A DNA stretch of 64,000 nt from Candidatus Versatilivorator sp. (GTDB lineage: Bacteria; Acidobacteriota; Terriglobia; Versatilivoradales; Versatilivoraceae). This document shows, piece after piece, positions 41,146 to 50,565 of the stretch. The translations under genes were made by a program, and so were the position numbers. How positions within the stretch are numbered: position 1 is the first letter of the stretch; every line of letters begins with the position of its first letter. The stretch is taken from positions 3,872,001-3,936,000 of the forward strand of contig OZ242296.1 of assembly GCA_965207735.1 (NCBI GenBank). Reading direction: 5' to 3'. A model generated the notes under the pieces. It ran no database searches and was not told the origin of the DNA. It was given only the letters and a program-made list of their open reading frames with translations.

Positions 41146-42445
41146 AGAGAGTCCTGGCAGTCCAGGAATCGGGGAGGACGATGGTGTGTTCCCGATCGGG
41201 ACCTGTCGAGATGAAGGAGCATTCCGTCTGGGTGATGTCTGACAAAATTTTCAGATAGTCTCTTGCCTTCACCGGCAACTCGTCGTAGTCCCGCATGCCT
41301 GCCGTCGGACTTTGCCAGCCGGGGACCGACTTGTAGATCGGTTTGACGGCTTCCAGGACCTTGATCTCCGGCGGAAATTCCTTGAGTCGGCAGCCCCGGT
41401 AGTCATATCCCGTACAGACCAGTATCTGTTCGAATTCGTCCAGGACATCCAGCTTGGTGATGACGATGGCCTGCAGGTTGTTCAGGACGGCCGCATAGAA
41501 GGTCGCAACCCCATCGAACCATCCGCAGCGGCGGGGTCGGCCCGTAGAGGCTCCGAATTCGGCTCCCCGTCTTCGGATTTCGTCTCCGATGGTACCGTTG
41601 GCTTCGGTGGGGAAGGGGCCCCCGCCGACTCGGGTGGTGTAGGCCTTGGCAATTCCGATCACTCCCGTAATCCAGGAGGGGGCTACCCCGGATCCCACAC
41701 AAGCCGCCCCGGCAGTGGCATTCGAAGAGGTGACATAGGGGTAGGTTCCGTGGTCGACGTCGAGGAGCGTCCCCTGGGCGCCTTCGAACAACACCCGTTT
41801 GCCGCGCCGGATATGATCGTTCAGGAAAAAGGCCGTATCCACCACGAATTCCTTCAGCCGTTGACCATATTGCAGGTACTCCTCGTAGATCTTCCCGGCA
41901 TCCAGGGGGGGACCTCCATACAGGGATTGAATCAGGCAGTTCTTCTCTCGGGTAAGCTCGAAGATCGTCTCCCTCAGAGTCTCCGCATCGAAGAGATCGA
42001 CCACTCTCAAGCCCCGCCGGCCCGATTTGTCTTCGTAGGCGGGTCCGATCCCCCGGGAGGTGGTCCCGATCTTCTTGGCCCCCCGGGCCTCCTCGGCGGC
42101 CTGCTCGACGGCACGGTGATAGGGCAGGATCAAGTGGGCGCGGTTACTGACGAAGAGGTTTCCCCGGACCTGGATGCCGGCTTGCTCCAGCATGTCGAGC
42201 TCTTCAAAAAAGGCCTTGGGGTCGAGGACGACGCCCGGTCCGATGACGCACAGCCGGCCCCCGTGAAGAATTCCCGAGGGAATCAGGTGCAGGATGAACT
42301 GCTTGCCGTTGATGGTCACGGTGTGACCGGCATTGTGTCCCCCCTGGTACCTGGCGACGATGTCGAATTTCTCGGTCAGCAGGTCGACGATCTTCCCCTT
42401 GCCCTCATCTCCCCACTGGGCGCCGATAATGATGATGTTGGCCAT
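41144..42445 (-). CDS. purA: adenylosuccinate synthetase
   Basis: QWGDEGKG, GGHNAGHT, GIGPAY, TGRPRRCGW. Confidence 0.98.
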   Translation of the reverse strand: MANIIIIGAQWGDEGKGKIVDLLTEKFDIVARYQGGHNAGHTVTINGKQFILHLIPSGILHGGRLCVIGPGVVLDPKAFFEELDMLEQAGIQVRGNLFVSNRAHLILPYHRAVEQAAEEARGAKKIGTTSRGIGPAYEDKSGRRGLRVVDLFDAETLRETIFELTREKNCLIQSLYGGPPLDAGKIYEEYLQYGQRLKEFVVDTAFFLNDHIRRGKRVLFEGAQGTLLDVDHGTYPYVTSSNATAGAACVGSGVAPSWITGVIGIAKAYTTRVGGGPFPTEANGTIGDEIRRRGAEFGASTGRPRRCGWFDGVATFYAAVLNNLQAIVITKLDVLDEFEQILVCTGYDYRGCRLKEFPPEIKVLEAVKPIYKSVPGWQSPTAGMRDYDELPVKARDYLKILSDITQTECSFISTGPDREHTIVLPDSWTARTL

Positions 42446-42565
42446 TGCCTCTGTCCGTTTGAATAGCGGCTCCAGGCAAATTCTCCGGCAGCCGCTTCAG
42501 GATTCCCCCGGTCCGTTTCGGCGGGGCGGGAAAGCGGTCCGGAACTACCGAACCGGTCCTTCCCG

Positions 42566-44014
42566 TTATTGTCTCCCCTGGTCCCGCGTGGCGATCAGGG
42601 AGCGATACAGTTCCAGGTAGCTGCGCGCGGCAGCCTCCCAGGAAAAATCCATTCCCATGCAGTTGTCTGCCAGGTCTCTCCAGCGTTGGGGCGAACGATA
42701 GACTTGCAGGGCCCGACGCATCGCCTGCAGCAACTCGCCGGAATCATAGTTGCTGAACTTGAATCCGTTGCCGCTGCCGTCCTCCCGATAATCCTCGATG
42801 GTGTCATCGAGACCGCCGGTGGCTCTCACCACTGGAACGGTGCCGTATTTCAACGAGTAAATCTGATTGAGCCCGCAGGGTTCGTAGCGGGAAGGCATGA
42901 GAAAGAGATCGGCCCCCGCCTCGACCTTATGGGCCAAGGCGTCATGATACATAATTTTGACGGAGACATAGTTGGGGAATTTCCGTTGGAGGCCCCGAAA
43001 GAAGCGGGCGTATCGCTCTTCGCCCGTACCCAGCACCACCAGGGAAAAGCCCTCGGCGATGAATTTCGGGGCGGCATGGGGAAGCAGGTCGAACCCCTTC
43101 TGACCGGTCAGGCGGGAAACGATCCCGACCAGGGGACGGCGGTCATCCCGGGGCAGGCCGTAAGTCGCCAGCAGATCCCGTTTGCAGGCCTGTTTGCCTT
43201 CCAGGGAATGGACCGAATAGTTGGAAGCCAGGTGGGGATCGGTTGCGGGGTTCCATTGATCGTAGTCGGCGCCGTTCAAGATTCCGGTCAGCTCCCCGGC
43301 TCTTGTCCGTAGCACACCGTCCAGACCCGCTCCATATTCCGGGGTGAGAATCTCGCGGCTGTATTTCTTGCTGACCGTGTTGATCTTGTCGGCAAAGACC
43401 AGTCCCGCTTTCAGGAAGTTCAGTTTTCCCGACAGCTCGAGCTCCGCGGGGTTCAACCGAGGGTTGGACAGGGAGACCCTGCGCAGCGTCGACCTCGGGA
43501 ACCTTCCCTGATAGGCCAGATTGTGGATGGTCAGGAGCGTGCGGGTGCGGCGAAAAAAGGAATCGGCAGCATAGATCGTTTTCAGATAGGCCGGGATGAG
43601 GGCGGTGTGCCAGTCGTGGCAATGAATCACGTCGGGCGGGGTAGGGGAGCGTTTGGCAAGCTCCAGAGCAGCCAGGGAAAGCAGAGCAAAGCGTTCGGCA
43701 TTGTCCGGATGTTCCCGTTGGCCCGCCAGGTACAAGCCGTCTCGATCATAATATGGCGGGTAGTCGATGAAGAAAAATCTGACTTGACGGCGGGTGACTG
43801 TATAGACGGGACAGAACCTCAGCCGGTCTCCCAGGGGAACCGTGAGGCTGGCAATGCGCCGCCGCCCGGCTTCGATCCCTCGATAGCGGGGCAGGACCAC
43901 CGAAACCTCCTGACCGAGCTGCCGGAGCCGCTTGGGCAGGGCGCCCAGAACATCGCCCAACCCCCCGGTCTTGGCCCAGGGGACCACCTCTGAAGCGACG
44001 AACACAATGCGCAT
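42566..44014 (-). CDS. glgA: glycogen synthase
   Basis: KTGGLGDV, HCHDWH, PSRYEPCGLNQ. Confidence 0.97.
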   Translation of the reverse strand: MRIVFVASEVVPWAKTGGLGDVLGALPKRLRQLGQEVSVVLPRYRGIEAGRRRIASLTVPLGDRLRFCPVYTVTRRQVRFFFIDYPPYYDRDGLYLAGQREHPDNAERFALLSLAALELAKRSPTPPDVIHCHDWHTALIPAYLKTIYAADSFFRRTRTLLTIHNLAYQGRFPRSTLRRVSLSNPRLNPAELELSGKLNFLKAGLVFADKINTVSKKYSREILTPEYGAGLDGVLRTRAGELTGILNGADYDQWNPATDPHLASNYSVHSLEGKQACKRDLLATYGLPRDDRRPLVGIVSRLTGQKGFDLLPHAAPKFIAEGFSLVVLGTGEERYARFFRGLQRKFPNYVSVKIMYHDALAHKVEAGADLFLMPSRYEPCGLNQIYSLKYGTVPVVRATGGLDDTIEDYREDGSGNGFKFSNYDSGELLQAMRRALQVYRSPQRWRDLADNCMGMDFSWEAAARSYLELYRSLIATRDQGRQ

Positions 44015-44164
44015 GGCGCCCTTTCTTGATCCATCCGACTCTACCGGGTTAAGCTCACCTGAGACAAACGGCTGTGAACCGTCCGCTTGGCTGTCCGACC
44101 GGTGGGCCGGGAAGACAGGAGCCGGATAGAACAAACAGTTCAGACTACTAGGTCTCAACCATCG

Positions 44165-44998
44165 ATGCAACAGCAAGCCGTGCGGGCCAAAAAGAGGCTG
44201 GGACAACACTTCCTGCGCCACCCTTCCCTGGCCAGGAAGATCGTGGTTGGCCTGGGTATGGAAGAGGGCGACACTGTCCTGGAGATCGGGTGCGGTACCG
44301 GCGCCTTGACCGGGAACCTGGTTGGACTGGGCTGCCACTATATCGGGGTAGAGGTGGATGCCGTTCTCTGTTCGCAATTGCGGCGGCGATTCGGCGGTCC
44401 CGGGATCGAATTCCTCAATCGCGACATCCTGACCCTGCACCTGGGCGAGCTTCGCAAGCGCCATGCCAACGGGAGTTTCAAAGTCGTGGGAAACCTCCCT
44501 TACGCCATTTCGTCCCCGATACTGCAGCATATCGCCCGCCACGCCGGTGTCATCGACCTGGCTGTGGTCATGTTGCAAGCCGAGGTAGCCGATCGTCTGG
44601 CGGCCAGCCCCGGCGGACGGGACTATGGAGTGCTGTCTCTGATCGTCCAGTACCATTTCCGTCCCGTGCCGCTTTTTTTAGTTCCACCGCAGGCTTTCAA
44701 GCCCAAACCCAAAGTGGACTCCAAGGTGGTACGTCTGGTTCCCCGGTCCCACCGCCCCTTGAGGCCCGCGGAGGAGAGCCTTTTCTTCGGATTCGTCAAG
44801 CAGGCATTCTCCCAGAGGCGAAAGACTTTCAGGAATTGCCTCGGTGAGGTCCAGCCGGAAGCCTGGGCGCGGATGGACGAAACCTTGCGGGAACTCGGCT
44901 ATCCCGAAACGGTTCGCGCAGAGAAGATTTCCCTGGCCCACTTCCTGCAACTCTTTGGCTCGTTCCGGGGGAGCAGCCGACCCTTGGATTTCCAGTGA
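44165..44998 (+). CDS. rsmA: 16S rRNA adenine dimethyltransferase
   Basis: KKRLGQHFL, LEIGCGTG, GNLPYAISSP. Confidence 0.96.
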   Translation: MQQQAVRAKKRLGQHFLRHPSLARKIVVGLGMEEGDTVLEIGCGTGALTGNLVGLGCHYIGVEVDAVLCSQLRRRFGGPGIEFLNRDILTLHLGELRKRHANGSFKVVGNLPYAISSPILQHIARHAGVIDLAVVMLQAEVADRLAASPGGRDYGVLSLIVQYHFRPVPLFLVPPQAFKPKPKVDSKVVRLVPRSHRPLRPAEESLFFGFVKQAFSQRRKTFRNCLGEVQPEAWARMDETLRELGYPETVRAEKISLAHFLQLFGSFRGSSRPLDFQ

Positions 44999-45231
44999 AT
45001 GGTATCTCCGGGCCGAACGGGTGCGATTGGCCAGCTCTTCGAACCCTGACGAGACCGGCCCCGGCGTGCGGGTCATTCCGAGGGGAAACAGCCAGCCGTA
45101 TTCGTTTTGGAAATGAAGACGAACCACGAATGAACGCGAATATACACGAATACGGGTGGAGCTCCTTCAATGACGAGCAGCGCCCGAATGCTTCTGCATT
45201 ATTGTGACGTTGGTGTCACGACGTCATGGGA

Positions 45232-45741
45232 GGAAGCCCACCCGGGAGCGCGGGCGTCCCGCCCGCACAAATCCTGGTATAGCCTCACCCATCTCCTCGA
45301 CCGGGATCGAACGGCAACGGCGCAGGACTCTGCTTCGGCCGGGCCCATGCGATTTCCACCGGCAGGGGGGCGGACTGCCGCATCTCAGGGAAACTGAGCG
45401 GCAACCCAAGGGACAGGATTAATAGGAGCAGAGGCCGCTGCACGGGACGCTGACTGGGAATCGGGGCGTTGGGCACAGCCAAGGCCCGCCACGGGGAAGA
45501 TCAATCGAGAAGGACAATAAATTGAACATGGATGCACAGGATAACCAGGACGGGACGCTACGCACGAAACGCTGACTCCGGCGATGATCGTGTGCGGATT
45601 TGCGGATGTCCAGGAATACAAGCCGGCCGTCTCCGGAAAAAATCCTGCGCATCCTGTGCATCCAGGTGAACCAAAAATCTACCCGTGCTTGACTTGGAAC
45701 CGGTTTCCAGCCACCCGGCGCAGCGGGTTGTTTCAGACAAG
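45232..45741 (+). repeat. mosaic repeat: REP-containing segment + GxxExxY-derived mini element + IS110-type right end
   Basis: GGGAGCGCGGGCGTCCCGCCCGC REP; inverted homolog at 57284-57485 and 59415-59730. Confidence 0.85.
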
Positions 45742-45925
45742 TCCCGCCCCCGCCTTGGTGTGCGGATCATACATAGAGTGAAACAATCGGAAATCGATCA
45801 TCCCTTCGCGACCTTGGTATCCCGTCGCGGCCAACCTCAGCGCCTTAGTGTCCCTTCGTGGTCCTTCGTGCCCCTTCGTGGATAAGTCTTTTTTCTTTTG
45901 TCTATTGTCGGTTGTTTCAGACAAG
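45742..45925 (+). repeat. IS110-end cassette A1 (184 bp)
   Basis: Starts after GACAAG; CGGATCATACATAGAGTGAAACAA ... GTTGTTTCAGACAAG. Confidence 0.9.
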
Positions 45926-47610
45926 TCCCGCCCCCGCCCCCCACGACGGGCGGATCATTCGAGGGTGAAACAACGGATCATTGTGAAAGAATAAGCACCT
46001 GGCGAGACTCCGGCAGCTACGCCCCGTTCCAGCATTGGTGCCCCGTGCCCCAAGACAAGTCTGGGTCCGAGCAGGTCATCATTCATTAGTGAGGCTTCCC
46101 GGGAAGCTCTCCTCAAGGCAAGAATCCGAACGACCACGCCAACTCGGGCCGGAGCCCTCGCCCTGGAGGAGGCCAATCTCATGCAAAAGAGCAGGAAAGT
46201 CAACACGAAGGCGAAGAAGACCCCGAAGAAGAAGCGCAGCCGTTCGACAGCCTTGTCGCGGATCCACCCCGAGGTGGCAGGGATCGACCTGGGGAGTCGG
46301 GAGCACTGGGTGTGCGCTCCGGAGGTGACCCCAGGGAAGCCGAACGTGCGCACCTTCGGCACCACCATGGAGCAGTTGCAGCAACTGGCCGACTGGTTGC
46401 TGGAGCAAGGGGTGGAGTCGGTGGCGATGGAGAGCACCAACGTGTATTGGATTCCCCTCTACGAACTGCTGGAGTCCTGCGGCATCGAGGTCTTGCTGGT
46501 CAACGCCCGGCAGTTGCGCTACGTTCCGGGCCGCAAGACCGACATGCGGGACTGCCAGTGGATCCAGTTGCTGCACAGTTGCGGCTTGCTGCGGGGATCC
46601 TTCCGTCCGCACGAGGCGATCGTCCGGGTTCGGACCCTGCACCGGCAACTGAGCACTCTGGGGGCCGAGAGTACCCGCTTTGTGCAGTGGATGCAGAAGG
46701 CGCTGGATCAGATGAACGTCCAGATCCATCGTGCGGTCACCGATCTGACCGGTCAGACGGGGATGGCGATCGTGCGGGCGATTGTCGACGGCGAACGGGA
46801 CCCGGTCCGTCTGGCGGGTCTGCGGGACCGACGGTGCAAGAAGTCCAGCCGGGAGTTTGCCGAGCACCTCAGAGGCAACTGGCGAGAAGAGCATCTGTTC
46901 AACCTCAAGTCGGCGCTGAAGCTCTACGACATGACTCAACGCGAGATTGCGGCCTATGAGGCCCGCATCCTGGAGGAAATCCAGGCGCTGCAACCGGTGG
47001 AGCGCCACGACCAGCCCGTGCCGAAGCATCCCAATGCGATCAAGGAAAAGGCGATTCGCCGCCGCGGTGGGCACCACCTGCGCACCGAACTGTGGCGCTT
47101 TGCCGGAGTCGATCTGACGCGTATCGACGGCATCGGCACCGAAGCGGCCCTGACCCTGCTGACTGAGGCCGGCCTCGACCTGACGGCCTTCCCCTCGGAG
47201 AAGCACTTTGTATCCTGGCTGCGCCTGGCTCCAAAAACGGCCGTCTCCGCAGGCAAGCCGCTCCACTACAAGAAGGCCAACAGCACCGGGTCTACTCGCG
47301 CCGCCGCCGTCCTGCGCATGGCAGCCGTCTCTCTGAAGCACTCCAAGACCGCTCTGGGGGCCGCCTTCCGTCGCAAGGCCCGCCACAAGGGATGGAGTGT
47401 CGCCGTCTTCTCCATGGCCCGCCGGCTGGCCGTTCTCGTCTACCGCATGCTGCGCTACGGCCAGGACTACATCGACATCGGGGAAGCGTGCTACGAGGAC
47501 CGGTTCCGGCGACGACGCCTCGCGGGCCTCAAAGATGCCGCTAAGTCTCTTGGTTTCAACCTGGTTCCACAAATCGCAGCCGCTTGAACTGCGGGGTTGT
47601 TTCAGGCAAG
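45926..47610 (+). mobile_element. IS110-family element with a long left non-coding end
   Basis: Subterminal IRs TGAAACAAC (45966-45974) and GTTGTTTCA (47596-47604); ends inferred from the shared cassette junctions. Confidence 0.85.
46181..47587 (+). CDS. IS110-family DEDD recombinase/transposase
   Basis: GIDLG, AMESTNVYW, RKTDMRDC, FPSEKHFVSWLRLAP..SAG. Confidence 0.96.
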   Translation: MQKSRKVNTKAKKTPKKKRSRSTALSRIHPEVAGIDLGSREHWVCAPEVTPGKPNVRTFGTTMEQLQQLADWLLEQGVESVAMESTNVYWIPLYELLESCGIEVLLVNARQLRYVPGRKTDMRDCQWIQLLHSCGLLRGSFRPHEAIVRVRTLHRQLSTLGAESTRFVQWMQKALDQMNVQIHRAVTDLTGQTGMAIVRAIVDGERDPVRLAGLRDRRCKKSSREFAEHLRGNWREEHLFNLKSALKLYDMTQREIAAYEARILEEIQALQPVERHDQPVPKHPNAIKEKAIRRRGGHHLRTELWRFAGVDLTRIDGIGTEAALTLLTEAGLDLTAFPSEKHFVSWLRLAPKTAVSAGKPLHYKKANSTGSTRAAAVLRMAAVSLKHSKTALGAAFRRKARHKGWSVAVFSMARRLAVLVYRMLRYGQDYIDIGEACYEDRFRRRRLAGLKDAAKSLGFNLVPQIAAA

Positions 47611-47976
47611 CGGGGCCCCTTCCCTGTCGGGCAGATCATCCGAGGGTGAAACAATCAGAAATCGACAATCCTTTCGCGACCTTGGTATCCCGTCGCGGCC
47701 AACCTCAGCGCCTTAGTGTCCCTTCGTCGTTCTTCGTGCCCCTTCGTGGATAAGTCTTTTTTCTTTTGTCTTTTTTCGGTTGTTTCAGACAAGCCGAACC
47801 CCCACCCTGGTGTGCGGATCATACATAGAGTGAAACAATCGGAAATCGACCATCCCTTCGCGACCTGGGCATCCCGTCGCGGTTAACCTCAACGCCTTAG
47901 TGGCCCTTCGTCGTCCTTCGTGTCCCTTCGTGGATAGCTCTTTTTCTTTTGTCTTTTTTCGTTTGTTTCAGCCAAG
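47611..47976 (+). repeat. IS110-end cassettes A2 (47611-47793) and A3 (47794-47976), 183 bp each
   Basis: Head-to-tail copies with the same ends as the IS110. Confidence 0.9.
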
Positions 47977-48090
47977 AAAGGGGGCGGGGCGTCTTTGCAT
48001 CCGAACCCCTGCAGGTTATATTACACCTCCCGGTTCAGGGGTCGGACGGTAGTCATTCCATAGGCAGGCTCAAAAACAACGAGGTTAGAG

Positions 48091-49041
48091 GTGTCAGATC
48101 GAGTCGAAAAACTTGTGATTGTGGGTTCGGGTCCCGCGGGGCATACGGCCGCCATCTATTCCGCGCGGGCCGATCTCTCCCCCTTGATGTATGAGGGATT
48201 CATGGCAGGCGGCGTGGCGGCCGGAGGTCAGTTGACCACCACCAACGATGTCGAAAACTATCCGGGCTTCCCCGAGGGTATTAACGGGCCGGAAATGATG
48301 GACCTGTTCCGCCAACAGTCGCTGCGTTTCGGCACCCGTATTCTTACGGAGACGGTGGAGAAGGTGGATCTGGGCCGCCGTCCCTTCCGGGTGATGACTT
48401 CCAGCGGGGAAACCTTGACCGAGACCCTGATTGTGGCCACCGGCGCCACGGCCCGGCGCCTGGGCATCCCCGGAGAGGAACACTACTGGCAGCAGGGCAT
48501 TTCCGCCTGCGCCGTATGTGACGGCGCCCTCCCCATATACCGCAACAAGGTGTTGATGGTCATCGGTGGAGGGGATACCGCGGTAGAGGAGGCCACCCAT
48601 CTGACCAAGTTCGGGACCGAGGTCGTCGTGGTTCATCGCAGGGACACCTTGAGAGCCTCCAAGATCATGCAGCAGCGTCTGCTTTCCCATCCCAAGATCC
48701 GGATGCAATGGAGTGCGGTGGCGGAAGAGGCCCTGGGCGACGATGCGCTCAAGAGCGTTCGCATTCGCAACGTCAAGTCGAATGAAACCAATGTGATAGA
48801 GGCCGAGGGACTCTTTTACGCCATCGGGCACGTTCCCAACACGAGCTTCCTGGACGGACAGCTCGAACTGGACGACACCGGCTACATCGTGACCACCCCG
48901 GGGACCACCCGAACCTCGGTCGAGGGTGTATTTGCCGCCGGCGACGTCCAGGACAAGGTGTGGCGCCAGGCTGTCACAGCGGCCGGAACGGGATGCATGG
49001 CCGCGTTGGAGGCCGAGCGCTTTCTGGTGGAGCAGGCCTGA
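48091..49041 (+). CDS. trxB: thioredoxin reductase
   Basis: GSGPAG, CAVCDG, GGGDTA, FAAGDV. Confidence 0.97.
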   Translation: MSDRVEKLVIVGSGPAGHTAAIYSARADLSPLMYEGFMAGGVAAGGQLTTTNDVENYPGFPEGINGPEMMDLFRQQSLRFGTRILTETVEKVDLGRRPFRVMTSSGETLTETLIVATGATARRLGIPGEEHYWQQGISACAVCDGALPIYRNKVLMVIGGGDTAVEEATHLTKFGTEVVVVHRRDTLRASKIMQQRLLSHPKIRMQWSAVAEEALGDDALKSVRIRNVKSNETNVIEAEGLFYAIGHVPNTSFLDGQLELDDTGYIVTTPGTTRTSVEGVFAAGDVQDKVWRQAVTAAGTGCMAALEAERFLVEQA

Positions 49042-49170
49042 AAAGGACAGATGTACATGACTCTACCAAGCGGTAGAGGAGCGCCCGATAAAACCCTCCG
49101 TAAGTTGACCAGGGCATTGGAGAAGCGGTTGGGTTCCGACTGCCTGAATTAATCCACATTCCTCACCGGC

Positions 49171-49563
49171 TCAGGAAATGACGGCCGTGGCATTGATTTC
49201 GATCAGATAGTCGGGGTGCACCAGGCCCGCCACCTGAACCAGGGTGCTGGCCGGATAGTCGGCGCTCCAGAATTCAGCTCTCACCTCGTGAACGGCCTTC
49301 AGGTGTTCCATGTTCACCAGGAAGACGTTGATACAGGCAATGTCCTCCAGGGTGCCGCCGACAGGTTTCAGGGCGGCCAGGATGTTATGGAGCACCTGCC
49401 GGGTTTGCAGCCGGATGTCCCCTTTCCCTACCAGGCGCCCCTCGGCATCGATAGCTACCTGGCCGGAGATGAAGCACATGCGGCCCTGTCCCGCCAGGAC
49501 TGCGTTGGAAAAGATGCCGAATGGCCGGCAGAGAGTGGGGGGATTATGGACGGTCTTGCCCAT
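49171..49563 (-). CDS. RidA/YjgF family protein
   Basis: FISGQV, YPASTLVQV, IEINA. Confidence 0.9.
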   Translation of the reverse strand: MGKTVHNPPTLCRPFGIFSNAVLAGQGRMCFISGQVAIDAEGRLVGKGDIRLQTRQVLHNILAALKPVGGTLEDIACINVFLVNMEHLKAVHEVRAEFWSADYPASTLVQVAGLVHPDYLIEINATAVIS

Positions 49564-49744
49564 GCTTGTTTCCTCCTGTGACAGAGACTGATCGGAAATG
49601 CCGTCGCTGTAGTCGCGAGACCTCAGTCTAACCCAAACGCATCCCGGAAGGCCGGCCGGGGTGTCGTCCGGCCCGTCGAACGCCGCGAACGCCACCCAGA
49701 CCCGACCGCGCGAGCGGTCAGCCACCATTCCTGAAGGGACTTTC

Positions 49745-50536
49745 ATGTTTCCCTACTTTGAAGCTCCAGCCGTCAGACTGGGCCCCTTTACCTTGCACGC
49801 CTTCGGGGTGTTGGTTGCAGCCGCAATCCTGTTGGGCCGCTGGATGCTGGTGCGGCGAGCCAAGAAGAGAGGGCTGGACGAGGACACGACCTCCCGGCTT
49901 GTCCTCTGGATAGTCGCCGGCGGCCTGGCGGGAGCCCATCTGGTTGCCGTGACTCTCTCCGACCCGAGGGATGTATTGCAGGACCCGCTGGTCCTGATTC
50001 GACTGTGGGAGGGGCTGTCTTCGGTAGGTGGGATTGCAGCCGGGATCCTTGCCGGACTTTGGTGGATGCGGCGTTCCGGCTTGAGGCCCGCCGAGGTCCG
50101 GGTTTATCTGGATCAGGTCGCCTTTGTTTTCCCTTTTGCCTGGATCCTGGGGCGGGCCGGTTGTGCCGTGGCCCACGACCATCCGGGAATTCTCACCCAG
50201 GGGTGGTGGGCCGTACAGTATCCGGATGGCCCGCGCTTCGATCTGGGTCTATTGGAATTCTTCTACGCCCTGTTTCTGGCAGGCCTGTTTCAGTGGCTGG
50301 ATCGGCGTCCCAGGCAGGACGGCTTTTTTTTGGGCCTCTTTTTCGTACTCTACGGCCCGGTTCGCTTCTTTCTGGACGAGCTTCGAATCGGTGACGCCCG
50401 GTACCTGGGCTTCACGCCGGCACAGTATGGGTGTGTGGTGGCAGTAATTCTGGGCGTGATGGTCTTATTGAACTTGGGAGAGGGTTCCAGGCGAAAACGT
50501 CGCACATCCTGGAAGCGGAAGCAAGCGGTTGGTTGA
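49745..50536 (+). CDS. lgt: prolipoprotein diacylglyceryl transferase family protein
   Basis: LHAFG, WEGLSSVGG, LGRAGC, YGPVRFFLDELR. Confidence 0.85.
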   Translation: MFPYFEAPAVRLGPFTLHAFGVLVAAAILLGRWMLVRRAKKRGLDEDTTSRLVLWIVAGGLAGAHLVAVTLSDPRDVLQDPLVLIRLWEGLSSVGGIAAGILAGLWWMRRSGLRPAEVRVYLDQVAFVFPFAWILGRAGCAVAHDHPGILTQGWWAVQYPDGPRFDLGLLEFFYALFLAGLFQWLDRRPRQDGFFLGLFFVLYGPVRFFLDELRIGDARYLGFTPAQYGCVVAVILGVMVLLNLGEGSRRKRRTSWKRKQAVG

Positions 50537-50565
50537 TCGGCAGGATGGGGCTGCCCGGATCGGCT

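Noticed and set aside
45727-47976. CRISPR array interpretation of the repeat-variable-repeat pattern
   Set aside because: Units are ~183 bp, the variable parts are similar to each other, no cas genes are present, and the ends match the IS110.
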